Part shown: piece after piece, positions 1 through 13,119 of the stretch
How positions within the stretch are numbered: position 1 is the first letter of the stretch
How the letters are laid out: each line of letters opens with the position of its first letter
Assembly (NCBI RefSeq): GCF_009914755.1
Contig: NC_060937.1
Source of the DNA: the human T2T-CHM13v2.0 reference genome, Homo sapiens
Reading direction: 5' to 3' (one strand)
Length of the DNA: 64,000 bases
The notes under the pieces: model-generated
The model's database searches: none
The model's input: the letters and a program-made list of their open reading frames with translations, nothing else
What the model was told of the DNA's origin: nothing
Made by a program: the position numbers and the translations under genes

Positions 1-282
1 TTGCCTAAATAACATGATCATTCTTCTTTGTCTTTATTTTGGTTTTCTACCATTGCCAATATTTTTCAGTTTGATGAGAAACAAGACTTTCAGGATGAAT
101 TACAGGGAGAGAGAAGAAATAAGATGGTTGCAAATCCCAGAGAAATAGATCAAGATTAAATAAGATGAATAAATTGAGTTGGGGGAGGAAAAAAGTGAAT
201 GAGACAAAGGGAAATATCTTAATTGGGGCACATTTAAGAAATTCACAGTTTACAGAAACAAAACCACTTCAGGTAGCTTAAG

Positions 283-655
283 TGTATTAGTCTCTTCTCA
301 CGCAGCTAAGAAAGACATATCCGAGACTGGGGAATTTATAAAGGAAAGAGATTTAATGGACTCACAGTTCCACATAGCTGTGAGGCCATGGGAGGCCTCA
401 CAATCACGGTGGAAGGCAAATGAGGAGCAAAGGTGCATCTTACCTGGCGGCAGGCAAGAGAGCATGTGCAGGGGAACTCCCCTTGATAAAACCATCAAAT
501 CTCGTGAGAGTTATCTGCTATCACGAGAAAAACACGGGAGAGATCCGCCCCCACGATTCAATTACCTCCTACAGAGTCCCTCCCACAACACCTGGGAAAT
601 ATGAGAGCCACAATTCAAGACGAGATTTGGGTGCTGACATAGCCAAACCACATCA
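283..655 (-). mobile_element. THE1-family (ERVL-MaLR) solo LTR
   Basis: Runs tgtattagtc...agccaaaccacatca, the reverse of THE1 termini; perfect 5-bp TSD ttaag at 278-282 and 656-660. Confidence 0.9.
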
Positions 656-746
656 TTAAGTAAAAGTGGGATCTCAGAGCCTCCAGAGATGAAAGTAAAG
701 CAGAGACAAATTCACACAAGACCAGGAGCTGGAAGAGAATGTTTCT

Positions 747-1288
747 TCTATTAGTCAGGATTCTCTAGAGGGACAGGACTAATAGGATAGGTGTATATAT
801 GAAAGGAAGTTTATTAAAGAGTATTGACTCACACAATCATAAGGTGAAGCCCCACAATAGGCCGTCTGCAAGCTGAGGAGAAAGGAAGCCAGTCCGAGTC
901 CCAAAACCTCAAAAGTAGGGAAGCTGACAGTGCAATCTTCAGTCTATGGCCAAAGGCCCGAGAGCCCCTGGCAAACCACTAGTGTAGGTCCAAGAGTCCA
1001 AAAGCTGAAGAACCTGGAGTCCAATGTTCAAAGTTAGGAAGCATCCAGCACGAAAGAAAGATGAAGGCCAGAAGACTTAGTCTAGTCTATGTTCTTCTGC
1101 CTGCTTTTATTCTGGCAGCACTGGCTGCTGATTAGATGGTGCCCACCCAGATTGAGAGTGGCTCTGCCTTTCTTAGTCCACTGACTCAAATGTTAATCTC
1201 CTTTGGAAATACCCTCACAGACAGACCAAAGAACAATACTTTGTATCCTTCAATCCAGTCAAGTTGATGCTCAATATTAACCATTACA
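747..1288 (-). mobile_element. MLT2A-type (ERVL) solo LTR
   Basis: tattagtcaggattctctagagggacaggactaatagga...caagttgatgctcaatattaaccattaca matches MLT2A termini. Confidence 0.85.
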
Positions 1289-1289
1289 T

Positions 1290-1640
1290 TGCCCTCCACC
1301 TCTCAAAGCCACGTGGCTTCCCTCAATTCTGCCTCTCTGCTCTGGCCTCTAGCTTTCTAACTTTCTCTTCAAAACTGTTGTTTCTTCTTCCCCTAATCCC
1401 TGATAGGTAGACAGCTCTGGTTTGCCATAGCACTTACTGACACCCACTCCAGCTTGACAAGACCAAGTTATCTTAATGCCAACAATGCCTCCACTCTGAT
1501 TGACCCAGCTTTGGTCAAGCACCAACCCATCTCCAATCAGCTCTGTTCAGGGGGAGGAATCAGATAGCAATAAGGTTGCCCCTTCCAGACTAGGAGTGAG
1601 GCAAGATTTCTAAAATGGGGTTGTAGGAAGGCATTAAATG
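1290..1640. mobile_element. Old MLT1 (J/K-like) LTR remnant
   Basis: ctctgattgacccagctttggtcaagc...ccaatcagc resembles old MLT1 LTRs; highly diverged. Confidence 0.4.
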
Positions 1641-2587
1641 ACCAGCATCTGTATACTATTAAGTAGAATCAACCCTGAGGATTTATATAGAAACAGCCAC
1701 TTGTTTTTCAGGCCTAGTCATGGTACTAGAAGGCTGTGTTTGAGACTGGGCAGAGAAGAGTGAAAATGATGAGACTGATGTTAAAAAGCAATGAATTAAA
1801 ATTTCCATAAGAAGTCAAAAGCAGGAGTCTCTGAAGAATGGTCATGATGATACAGATAGGCACATTGATGTGTTTTATTTGTTTAGAACAAAATGTTACC
1901 CATAGCTTTGCCTTTTCATATGGTAGAAATAGAAAAGAATGCCAGTCAATAGTTGTGACTGAAAACTATAATTTCAATTGGCTATGTTAAAAATATCTAT
2001 CTATAAAGCACAATAAATCAAATAAATAACAGTATTTCTATTCGTAAACAATTAAATATGGGGCAGAGAAAAAGGCATTCATAATGTACCATCATAGAAT
2101 ACAAACCAATCTGTTGTCAGGTATAAAGACAGAACTCAAAAGCCTGAATCACTAATCTCCTCTGGGTTACCATATTTAGTGTATTTACAAAAATAAAAAC
2201 CCCTCTCTTATATTTGATACAGAATTCCTTAATGTAAAAAGAAATAGAACTCTTCAAAAATAAGAAAATTAGTAAGACTTAAGGGTTTTAAATACCTTTA
2301 TTTAGTATATCAAATATATATTTACCTAATCAAGAGAAAGTTTACTTTCTTGTTTTACCCAGCATTCATTTACAGCTTAAATTCATTACATAATTTTCCA
2401 CTGAAGCAGTTTCAGTAGTTCCCAATATGCTTTAAGGAATAACAAAAAATTAATTTGTGATTGGTATATTAATGGCAGATCTGACTGAAAGGAGCTTTTT
2501 CTAGAACTCTTTTCCCGGGTCTGTAGGTTTAAAACATCGGTGACATTTTACATATTAACCAAGTATATGCCTAAATAAATAAGTCTG

Positions 2588-2695
2588 TATGTGTGAAAAC
2601 ACATAATACATACACATATGTGCATTACATGTATGTGTGCATAATATGTATTACATACATATGCATATTACATATATGTGTATATGTACATATAA
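2588..2695. repeat. Low-complexity alternating (TA/CA/TG) tract
   Basis: atacatacacatatgtgcattacatgtatgtgtgcat... Confidence 0.8.
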
Positions 2696-2699
2696 AAAA

Positions 2700-2862
2700 C
2701 AAACTTTTGCAAAACACTAGTTATTTTTTATGTGTGCAGTATTCTCTGATATGTTGCCCTCTTCCTATCCTATTTTCTCTTTTAAAAAATGCTCATCACA
2801 ACCCACTAAATTGATTTCACAAATCACTAATGAGTTGCAATCTGCAGCTTGAAAAACACTGC
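2700..2862. mobile_element. hAT-Charlie-type DNA transposon end fragment
   Basis: ccactaaattgatttcac...cagcttgaaaaacactg terminal motif. Confidence 0.5.
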
Positions 2863-3589
2863 TGTAGACCAATTAAATATTGTACTTTATTTCAGGTTTC
2901 TTTAATTAGTTTGATATACCTGGAGACGTGTCATTTGGAAATGATAGCCAAGACCAGTGTAGGACTTAGACTGGTATACAGACACATAAACATTCCTCCT
3001 AGTAACCCCTGTAGCCTTTCTCTATAAATTAGTATGGCTGGCATCACTGTAAATCTTGTAGGCATTTCCTTTATCTGTAGAAAGTATCTATTTTCAAATG
3101 GAGAAAAGAATCCCCACTGAAAAACAAACTAAACCACATAGTAAATCTAACAAAGTGATTAATGGGATTGGTTGTCAGCAAAGTTCAGCTTCCTTCCCTC
3201 AAGAAGTGTGAATAGCACCTCAAATTCATCTTCCTTAATATGTTACCACTTAGTGTGGTGTTCTAGAGATACATTTGCTAGTTAATAATTAATCAGAAGG
3301 ATCTCTACTAAAAGCAGCAGAAGGGAGGATGAATGGATAGGTTTTGCCCTGCATAGAGGAAAGTTTACAACAATGACACCCTAGCATAATGTCTGCAAGA
3401 CATAAGTACACTGGCCTTGATGAAACCTGGATAGTGTGTTAGATTTTTTTTAACGCAATGCTCTTCAGAAATAAACAAGTTTTATTCCCCCTACTCCAAT
3501 AATGCTCACTATTCCACACCACCTCTCTTCTTGGCCCACATGCCCCCTAAACCTTTCCTATCCTAAAATATCCTGGGCTTGTTCATCAG

Positions 3590-3765
3590 AGTGCTCATCC
3601 TGACTGTATTAATTATTCTGTAACTGTTTGTCTTATGTCTGCTATCCTGCTTAGACTGCAAGTTGCCTACTTCACCGTGGAGTCCACAGTGCCTATCCCA
3701 GTGCTTGCAACATCAATGATACTCAATAAATACTTGTTGAATGAATGGGTGAGTGGATGGATGAA
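3590..3765 (+). mobile_element. L2 3' end
   Basis: cagtgcct...actcaataaatacttgttgaatgaatg. Confidence 0.75.
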
Positions 3766-3989
3766 AGTGAAGGAATATATCAGAATATAGATTATCATGT
3801 GTTTTCTGCTCCTAAATAGAGGTAGAGACTAAACACACCGGTGACAAACTCTCTGCATTCACTGAAAAGCATGCTCACTTCCTTCCTGTTCACCCAAACC
3901 AAGAATGCTTAATTATGTTCAATTCTCTCCTCCCCACATTGTGTCCCATTCAACTAAGGTTAATTGGGTTCCTGTCACAAGTGAGCAAC

Positions 3990-4470
3990 CACAATCTCTC
4001 TAATCCATCTGCTTCTCTCCATAGCTTGTACCTCAGCTCACCATTTCTCCCTTAGGTTGTTGCAGTAGTCTCTTAAATCTTCCCTGCATCCTGCCTCCAA
4101 TAGTGTTCCTGCCCCAGCCTATTCTGCAAATAGCTTCCCAAGGAATCTTCCTGAAATACATATCATTCCTCTGCTCAAAGCCCTCAAAGCCAAACCTCTA
4201 AGTCTCACAGAAAAAAGGCCCCACCTTTTTTCCTGCATTTACCTTCCTGACATCAATTTCATATCCTACTTATGTAGCAAAACTCACAATTTGCTGAACG
4301 TACTATACCGTTGCATCACTCCATAACTTGAACATTCTGTTCTTTCTTCTTGATTATCCTTCCCACTTTCTTCACCTAAGATACTTCATTCATTCCTAAA
4401 GATTTAATGCAAATAATACATTTTTTGTGAACCCTTCCCTAGTCTATTACCTTCCTACACCATTCCTTAG
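3990..4470 (+). mobile_element. L2 fragments
   Basis: tgcagtagtctcttaaatc...atcattcctctgctcaaagccctc, typical L2 3' region. Confidence 0.55.
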
Positions 4471-4670
4471 AACTATATATATATTGAGCACCTACTGAAT
4501 TCCAGGTCCTGTGTCAGGTGCTACGGTTGCCAGTCTAGTGGTGGAGATGCTGTGGTGGCCTCAGAGCAGAATGAATATCCTGACTGGAAAATATAGGGTG
4601 GAACAGAGGCACTAGGCTAGAAGCAGCTCTTAGCCCAGACTTTTGGAGATAGCGAGAGTAACATCCAAAC

Positions 4671-4901
4671 AAATGTTTCTTAACCAGTGGCAATTTTGCT
4701 GGCCCTACCCCATCCCTAGGGCATTTCCCAATATCTGGAGACAAGTTTGATTACCACAACTGGGCGAGCACTTGCTACTGGGCTCTGGTGAGAAGACAGA
4801 GATGCTACTAAACCCCTTTCCAAGTCTCACCACAGGATAGCCCCCAACAACTAAGAATTACACAGTCCAAAATGTCAAAAGTGCTACCGATGAGAAACCT
4901 T
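4671..4901 (+). mobile_element. MER20 DNA transposon
   Basis: caatatctggagac...gatgctactaaac...ccaaaatgtcaaaagtgc...gagaaacct. Confidence 0.85.
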
Positions 4902-5060
4902 GATCTAAGCTAAAAGCTGCTACATGAATAGGAGTTGGCCAGGTGGAAGAATGAGGGGACAGTATGGTGGAGGTGGAGCAATGACAAAGAATGGTGTTCC
5001 AGGAAGTGACAACTGCTTAGGTGAAGGACCTCCACATTGATTCATTTGCCAATACCTTAG

Positions 5061-5583
5061 TGTGATAAAATAGACGTAACACAAAATGCACCATTTTAAT
5101 CCCTTTTAAGTGTACAGTTCTGTGGCATTAAGTACATTCGCATTGTTGTGCAACCATCTCCACCATCCATCTCCAGAACTTTTTTCTCTTCCCAAACTGG
5201 AACTCTGTACATTAAACAACAACTCCCCATTCCCCTCTCCCCCAGCCCCTGGAAACCACCATTCTCCTTTCTACTCTCTGTCTGAATACTCTACTATCTA
5301 CTCATAAGTGGGAATCATACAATATTTGTCCACTTGTGTCCGGCTTATTTCGCTTCATAATGTTTTCAAGGTTCATTCATGTTGTACCTTGTGTCATATT
5401 TTCCTTCCTTTTAAGGTTAAATAATATTCCATTGTATGTATATATCGCATTTTTTATGTATCAGTGGAAACTTGGGTTGCTTCCACCTTTTGGCTACTAT
5501 AAATAATGCTGCTATGAACATGTGTGTATAGATATCTGTTCTAGTCTTTGTTTTCAATTATTTTGAGTATATACCCAGAAGTC
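5061..5583 (-). mobile_element. L1MB-type 3' UTR fragment
   Basis: ttttaagtgtacagttctgtggcattaagtacattc...gagtatatacccagaagt. Confidence 0.85.
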
Positions 5584-6048
5584 ATCCACCAGTTATTTTT
5601 ATATACCAGTTAATTTCCTGGCATTGATCTAGTGTTTGGTATACGGTAAGAATAAGACCCAAGATCCCTCTGTCATGGAACCTATATTCTGGTGAAGGCA
5701 AGCAAAATAAATAAACCAACAAACAAAAGAGATTATTGCAGAAAGCATGATTAAGAAAATAAGCAGAGGTAATATGGAATGAATATGAGTGAATCTTAAA
5801 GTGCTAGGGAGGGAGTGGAAAGCAGGAAAGATAGCAGAAGCCTTCTCCTGCAGGACAGCCAGCTCAGGACTCTATATTTCATTTTATGGGCAATCAAAAG
5901 TTCAAAGAAGTTGAGAAGTTAAATAAATTGCCCAAAGTCCTACAGCTAATAAATTCTACAGGCCAGGCTAGAATCCCATATCATTGTCTGTCATTACTAT
6001 ATAGATTTTCTTTTCAACTGAAACATTGGAATAAGGTACATGTTTATT

Positions 6049-6337
6049 TTTATTTTATTTTATTTTTTTTTTTTTGAGACAGAGTTTTGCTCTTGTTACA
6101 CAGGCTGGAGTGCAATGGCGCAATCTCAGCTCACTGCAATCTCTGAGACTACCTCAGCCTCCCGAGTAGCTGGGATTACAGGCATGCGCCACCACACCCG
6201 GCTAATTGTGTATTTTTAGTAGAGACAGGGTTTCTCCATGATGGTCAGGCTGATCTTGAACTCCCGACCTCAGGTGATCTGCCTGCCTCAGCCTCCCAAA
6301 GTGCTGGGATTACAGGCGTGAGCCACTCCGCCCAGCC
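6049..6337 (-). mobile_element. AluSp-like element with internal deletion
   Basis: Sp-type gctcttgtt, tttctccatg, actcccgacctcagg; TSD ggt(a/g)catgtttatt at 6035-6048 and 6338-6351. Confidence 0.9.
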
Positions 6338-7549
6338 GGTGCATGTTTATTAAACACGACCATTAGAACACTGATCTTCTCCATTTGCTGCCATAACGCT
6401 CCCCAGAATCAACTCTGTGAGTGGCTAGAGGACATCTTACTCTTCTACTTACCCACACTCATTCTATCCTCAGCTCTGCCACTGGTGTTCCTCTTTGTTG
6501 AAAGAGATTTTCTACAAGTAAAGAATAAAATAGTATTGACTCTAAAAAGAAATGTTATACTTCCTTGTAGCCTAGCTTTAAAATAAACAACTTCTATTCC
6601 ATACAACATAAAAAAAATACAAACTGAGTAAGTAATAACAGACAAAAATACAGAAGAGTTCTGTCAAACAATAGGGATGCTGTTTTTTCTGACCTTTGCT
6701 TTCCACTGAGGTCATGTGCAGCTTACATAAATATTACGTGAAACTTGTTTTGCAAAGAATCACTGTCTATGATGATTTATAAAGACAGAAGTCTGCTGGC
6801 AAATCTACCTTTTAACATATTACAAGCTTTTCTAGCAAGAGGAAGAAAGTGACCCTTTCTTGCTAAGCAAATGGGCATATCCTTTCATGTAGGATTAAGA
6901 CCTTAACGCAGCTAATGTGTGCAGTTCAGATTTATCAAAGCTTCTTTATGAAAGAATGTGTCAGGTGACAACATGTGTTGCAATCCAGTTGAAAATCCAA
7001 GCTTTATTGGTTAAATGAGCAAGAATAGGTTATGACACAAAGTTTATATCAGGAAAAAAAAGTTCTTTCCCTTTAAAACATTCTCATTTAATCTTTTGCA
7101 ATAAAGAGCTGTTGTATAATTAAATAGTAAATAGACATTCTTAGCCTTTAAAATGTTTTATGAAAAGTGGCCAATTTTGCTTAATATATTTGCTCCATCA
7201 ACAAATAGTTGCTGAACAACTATTATGTGCAAAGCCCTTTAATAGGTGCTATTAAAATTGTAATGTGTCATTGTGAAGTTGAACATTTTCTTACAGATTG
7301 GTCTGGTATAATAAAAAACACCCTATGTGAAAATATTTCACGGGCTTTAGGAAAGTTTTAACTTATTAAGAGTCCCATAATTACTGCCAGGGGGCCTCTT
7401 ATGGTTGTCACTTAGAATTGACCTCAGATAATAACACTTCATAAATACACTACTTAATGTAAGACAGCGGGAAGTAAAAAGAACTTTTCATGGATTTGCT
7501 TTGCGCAGGATCATCTTCCATCTCTCTTATATCTCCTCCGCTTCCTTTT

Positions 7550-7850
7550 TAGTTATTCCATAGTCAACACATTTTTGTTATGTGTCAGGCACTGTGCTTG
7601 ATGTTGAAAATACAAAGGCGAACAAGAAAGACAAGATTGCTGCTGTGTGAAGTTTACAATCTGGTTGGGGAGATAAACAAATGATGCAGTAACATGAAGT
7701 TCACAAGCATTGTGACAGGGAACACAAAGATCACCATTAGGGCACAGAGCAGAGGCATCAAAACCCAGTCTCCAGCATAGCACTGGGAGACGGAAAAGGG
7801 GAAATGCAGGAAAAACATCCCAGAGGAAGAAATATTTATCTCACCCCTCA
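7550..7850 (-). mobile_element. L2 fragment
   Basis: tatgtgtcaggcactgtgct...aatacaaag. Confidence 0.6.
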
Positions 7851-8409
7851 AAAATTCCCCAAATTCTCATCATCACTAGGGGAAGAGCCCAGATTTTGAG
7901 CACAGGTTTTGAAGCCAGTTCCATCTGACTCCTCTATATCATACTGCTGGGCACTCCGTTGCCCCTGGATGGGTCATTCTTGAATTGGTCTTACTTCCTT
8001 AAATCCATGACTTTATGAGCCTGAGGGAGCCCCAAGGAAGGTGCTACCCCAAGCTGTAATGTTATCGCCACCACTCCATTTGGTTGCTTTGGTTTTAGGA
8101 GTGAATCTCAATTTCTATTGAGACTGGAGTACTCTCCTAACCCCAAGTAGTTTTTCCAGGATCCCAATTCATTGGCCTAGCTCTTACAAATTCTCCCACT
8201 CCCATCCTCACTCTTCCCAGGGATCAAAGGGCTCAGCCCTCAGAACTTCCACTGCAAGATGGAGTCCTATTCTATCATAAGATTTGCCTCTCATTTCACC
8301 TCACCCTCAAATTGAACCCCCAGAAAACATCATTTCCTGGGGAAGGTACCCACATCTCAACTACTGCTGGCTAACTGCCAGTTGTCTTCTCACTTAGGGT
8401 GGGAGTGTG

Positions 8410-8840
8410 TGTCCATTAAGATTCTTTGGTTGCTTACAACAAAAATCATTTTGAGCTTCTTTAGTGGAAGAAAAATTAAGCACACTGGGAAAAAAGTTGA
8501 GTAGTTCACAGAGCTAAAAGAAAATCTAACGTTTCAAAAATCAGAAGGCCAAAAACCAGAGCTGTCCTGGGCATTGAGGTAGCAGAAATGAAGGGGAAAG
8601 CTCTCGAGGAGGCCACTACTGAGGTGACTCTACTTTGAATGCATTCCCCAAGACTTCAATTCCAGGGAGAAGACATCAAATTGGACAAGCTTAGGTCATG
8701 TGCTCACCCACTGGCCAGAGGAAGACAAGCACCACTATTGACTATATCCAATGGAAGAGGAGTGATTGTCCACAGCACAGCTGGAATGCTGTTACAACAA
8801 GAAGGGAGAGTAGACACAGTATTGCAAAAATTAAAGCATC
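8410..8840. mobile_element. Old MLT1 (K/L-like) LTR
   Basis: gattctttggttgc...attggacaagcttaggtcatgtgctcaccc. Confidence 0.55.
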
Positions 8841-9589
8841 CACTCTAGTGGTCAGTCTTGCTCCTGGGTGATTTTTCAGAGTCCCAGTCCTGAGAATTCC
8901 CAGCCTATACCTTTCTCTGTACTTGAATATAGTTTCAGCATGCCTTCTAGCCAGTCCACAAGGATTCCAAACTCGCAACATAGGAGCACCAGAAGTCTTT
9001 GAATATCTGACCCTCAAATCAAAGTAACTGTTATACTTAATTTTAAACTGTATTACTTCAGAATGGTAAATTTTTAGGACTAGCCATGTAAATAACAATG
9101 AGAACCCACAAATAAATCCCCTTGTTGTATTTTTTTAAATTCTGTATGTTCTTACAATTTAGAGCAACTCCTTGAAGAGAAAAGGCATGTCCTGTGCTAT
9201 CCTCACACTCAAAAAATTTTTCTTCCTCTTGAGCTAAGATTTTTTTTTTAGCTATTTTTCCACTTGCAGTTTTAGGATTTCTCCAAATAAATTGTCATGG
9301 AAGGCAACACTTAAAATTATATCTTCTCTGTTTGGCTCTCCCCATTAACCACCATGCAAGCACGAGTACCTTATGGTGTGGCTCATTCTCTCTTCATATT
9401 TATTTCCTGAAAAAAATTTTACATAAAGGCAGAACATACTAAGAGTCTGCTTTCCATTCTTGTGATCTTTGTATAATTAACTGTTGGTCCTGGTGACAAT
9501 CTTTGGAGTAAACTTTTTCAGCACTTGAATAGGAAAGGTCTGATGCTTCTTACTATGACAAAGCTCAGTAAAGAGATCCTGAAGAAGAT

Positions 9590-9810
9590 GATAATGATAA
9601 TGATGGTAATAACAACACCAATAGCCAACATGCAGTAAGCCTTCACTGTCCACGGGCTCTCCCCTAAGCATTCTGTGTGCATTATGTTTTCATACTGATG
9701 ATACTCACAGGAGAGAAAAACAGAAAAAAAAGAAGAGATCATTCCTGGAGCCAAATGCCCAAGTAAATGGAAACTATGAGAGGATGGAATCCAGAGCTCA
9801 AGTGGAGAAG
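9590..9810 (-). mobile_element. MIR
   Basis: aatagccaacat...ctaagcatt...gcattat, antisense MIR core. Confidence 0.6.
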
Positions 9811-10235
9811 TTGGCCTTAAAAAGCAGTGGAGGAGTCTGTCCATTGTAACATTGCTAAGAGACTGGAAGACTTGGTTTTGGAAACATGAAGGAATTCTCT
9901 TATGAAGGTTTCTAGTTTCTCAGCAAAATAAGAAGAAAAGGGTGGAAGAGAACAGGGTGGGTAGTTTTTGGAGGTATCAGCAAAATGGCAGGTGACAAGG
10001 CAGCAGAGTTGCTGCTATTAACTTAAGCAGAAATAAAAGACCTTGTCACTGTATTGTGGAGAAGAAGGGGAAAACTGTAAATTCCATGTGGAACAGATGC
10101 AAGATATCCCCAGGGTTATGCAGAACTCTTAGGGGATGGCTGTAAGTTCTCATAAAGCTGGCTTGGGCAGGACAAAGAGCAACAATCTTTTGTGAATATC
10201 GTGGCCCTACTTCTAAATCTCACCTCAGTAGATAG

Positions 10236-10610
<375 letters not shown>

Positions 10611-11482
10611 ACTGCACACTTCTTAAGATAGGGTTTGCTGCTATGCCTTCAATGGTAGACATAATGCCTGGTATGTAGGAGATACTTGATAAATATTTTA
10701 TGAATGAATCAATGAATAGACGGATGAATGAGTAAGGAATTTATAAAATTTTATATAGTCCTCATTCTTAGTTTTTCTTCATAAAATTCTTTGTTGTCCA
10801 TGTTGTATGATAATGTCATACTTGGCTTTTGACCTAAGACCCCACTCAGAAACCTAAGGAAATCTCAGAAGAATTATTTTACTAGGACTAAAAATGAAAT
10901 AAATATTATATATTATCTAGAGATAGTTATAGCCACCTAATATTCCCAAAAGTTCCATAATAACTGTCCTTCCTTATCACTTACTGGCTTAGTATGAGAA
11001 ATATTTTAATACTAAGTTCTTCCATGAGACAAGGGTCTGCTGGGATGGTCACTGCAGAACATGTTCTACTCACTTTTCTCCAAGAAGTTCCGCAGTGAAG
11101 TGTAAGTTTAGGTCACATGACCACTCATGCTATCCTCTGATTACCTGGTTCAATATCTTCAACTAAGAGGTGTTTTCTTTTAGACCAGGCGGGTTCCTAC
11201 TGAACCAAGATTTTCTTTCTAATTTATCAAAAATCCTCTCTATACAACCTCTCTGTAGCCACCATACAATGTTGTTACTATAAGATTTCCAATCAGTGAT
11301 GTCCTCTTTTAGCCTTCCCTAATCTACCCGTTTACAGATAAATCTTTGCACACACAGAGATTCATCCTCAAAGGAAGAATTTGTGTCTTATTAGATATTC
11401 TCAATAGTTAGTATGATGTTTGCTGAAGGAATAAACAAATGATTGACTATTAAATAAATATTGAATTATTCTAACAAAGTGA

Positions 11483-11830
<348 letters not shown>

Positions 11831-12037
11831 CACTGATTCAGTGGCCTGCTTTCAAATGTAGAGTTAAGCATTCTTAACTCTAAGTCTTCCCTCCAAGATT
11901 TAGCAAAGCACCACAATTGTCCTCCGAGCCCAATTTACTCCCACTGAATAGAAAAAAATTCACTTAAGGAATCTCAGTGTCTAACATTGACGGATTGTTC
12001 CCAACTAAGAGATGGCAAAATGCCTTCACTGCTTCTC

Positions 12038-12127
12038 CAATCTCTGGAAACCTACTTCCAGACTCTACAATCTCTGGAAACCTACTTCCAGACTCTAGAA
12101 TCTCTGGAAGGCTACTTTCAATTCTTC
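12038..12127. repeat. 30-bp tandem repeat (2 identical units + 1 diverged)
   Basis: caatctctggaaacctacttccagactcta at 12038 and 12068; diverged copy at 12098. Confidence 0.95.
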
Positions 12128-12458
12128 CAGAACTACTCTTTACTAATAGCTTCATGCCATCTCCTGTACATGATTCTTCTTTCCATCATTTTCTTCTGTA
12201 GAGCCTTTGTTAAGTCTGAAATGCTTTTAACAAAGTGCCTGGGGAAGCAGGTTGGTGCAAGCCCTGGAAATTGTGTCTAACACTACTTCCATCTGATAGT
12301 TCAGATTTTCTTCTCTTCCGTTAAATATCAAAATCAAAATAAGCATTGCCCAGCCCTAAAATTTGAAATAATAAAAATAATTAACTTTTCTATTTAATTT
12401 AAGCATGGATCAAATTCAGTATTCTTCCTAGAGATACAGACTATAAGAGGTCAGATTA

Positions 12459-13119
<661 letters not shown>

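Noticed and set aside
12038-12127. 30-bp repeat as a CRISPR-like array
   Set aside because: No spacers; head-to-tail tandem in primate DNA
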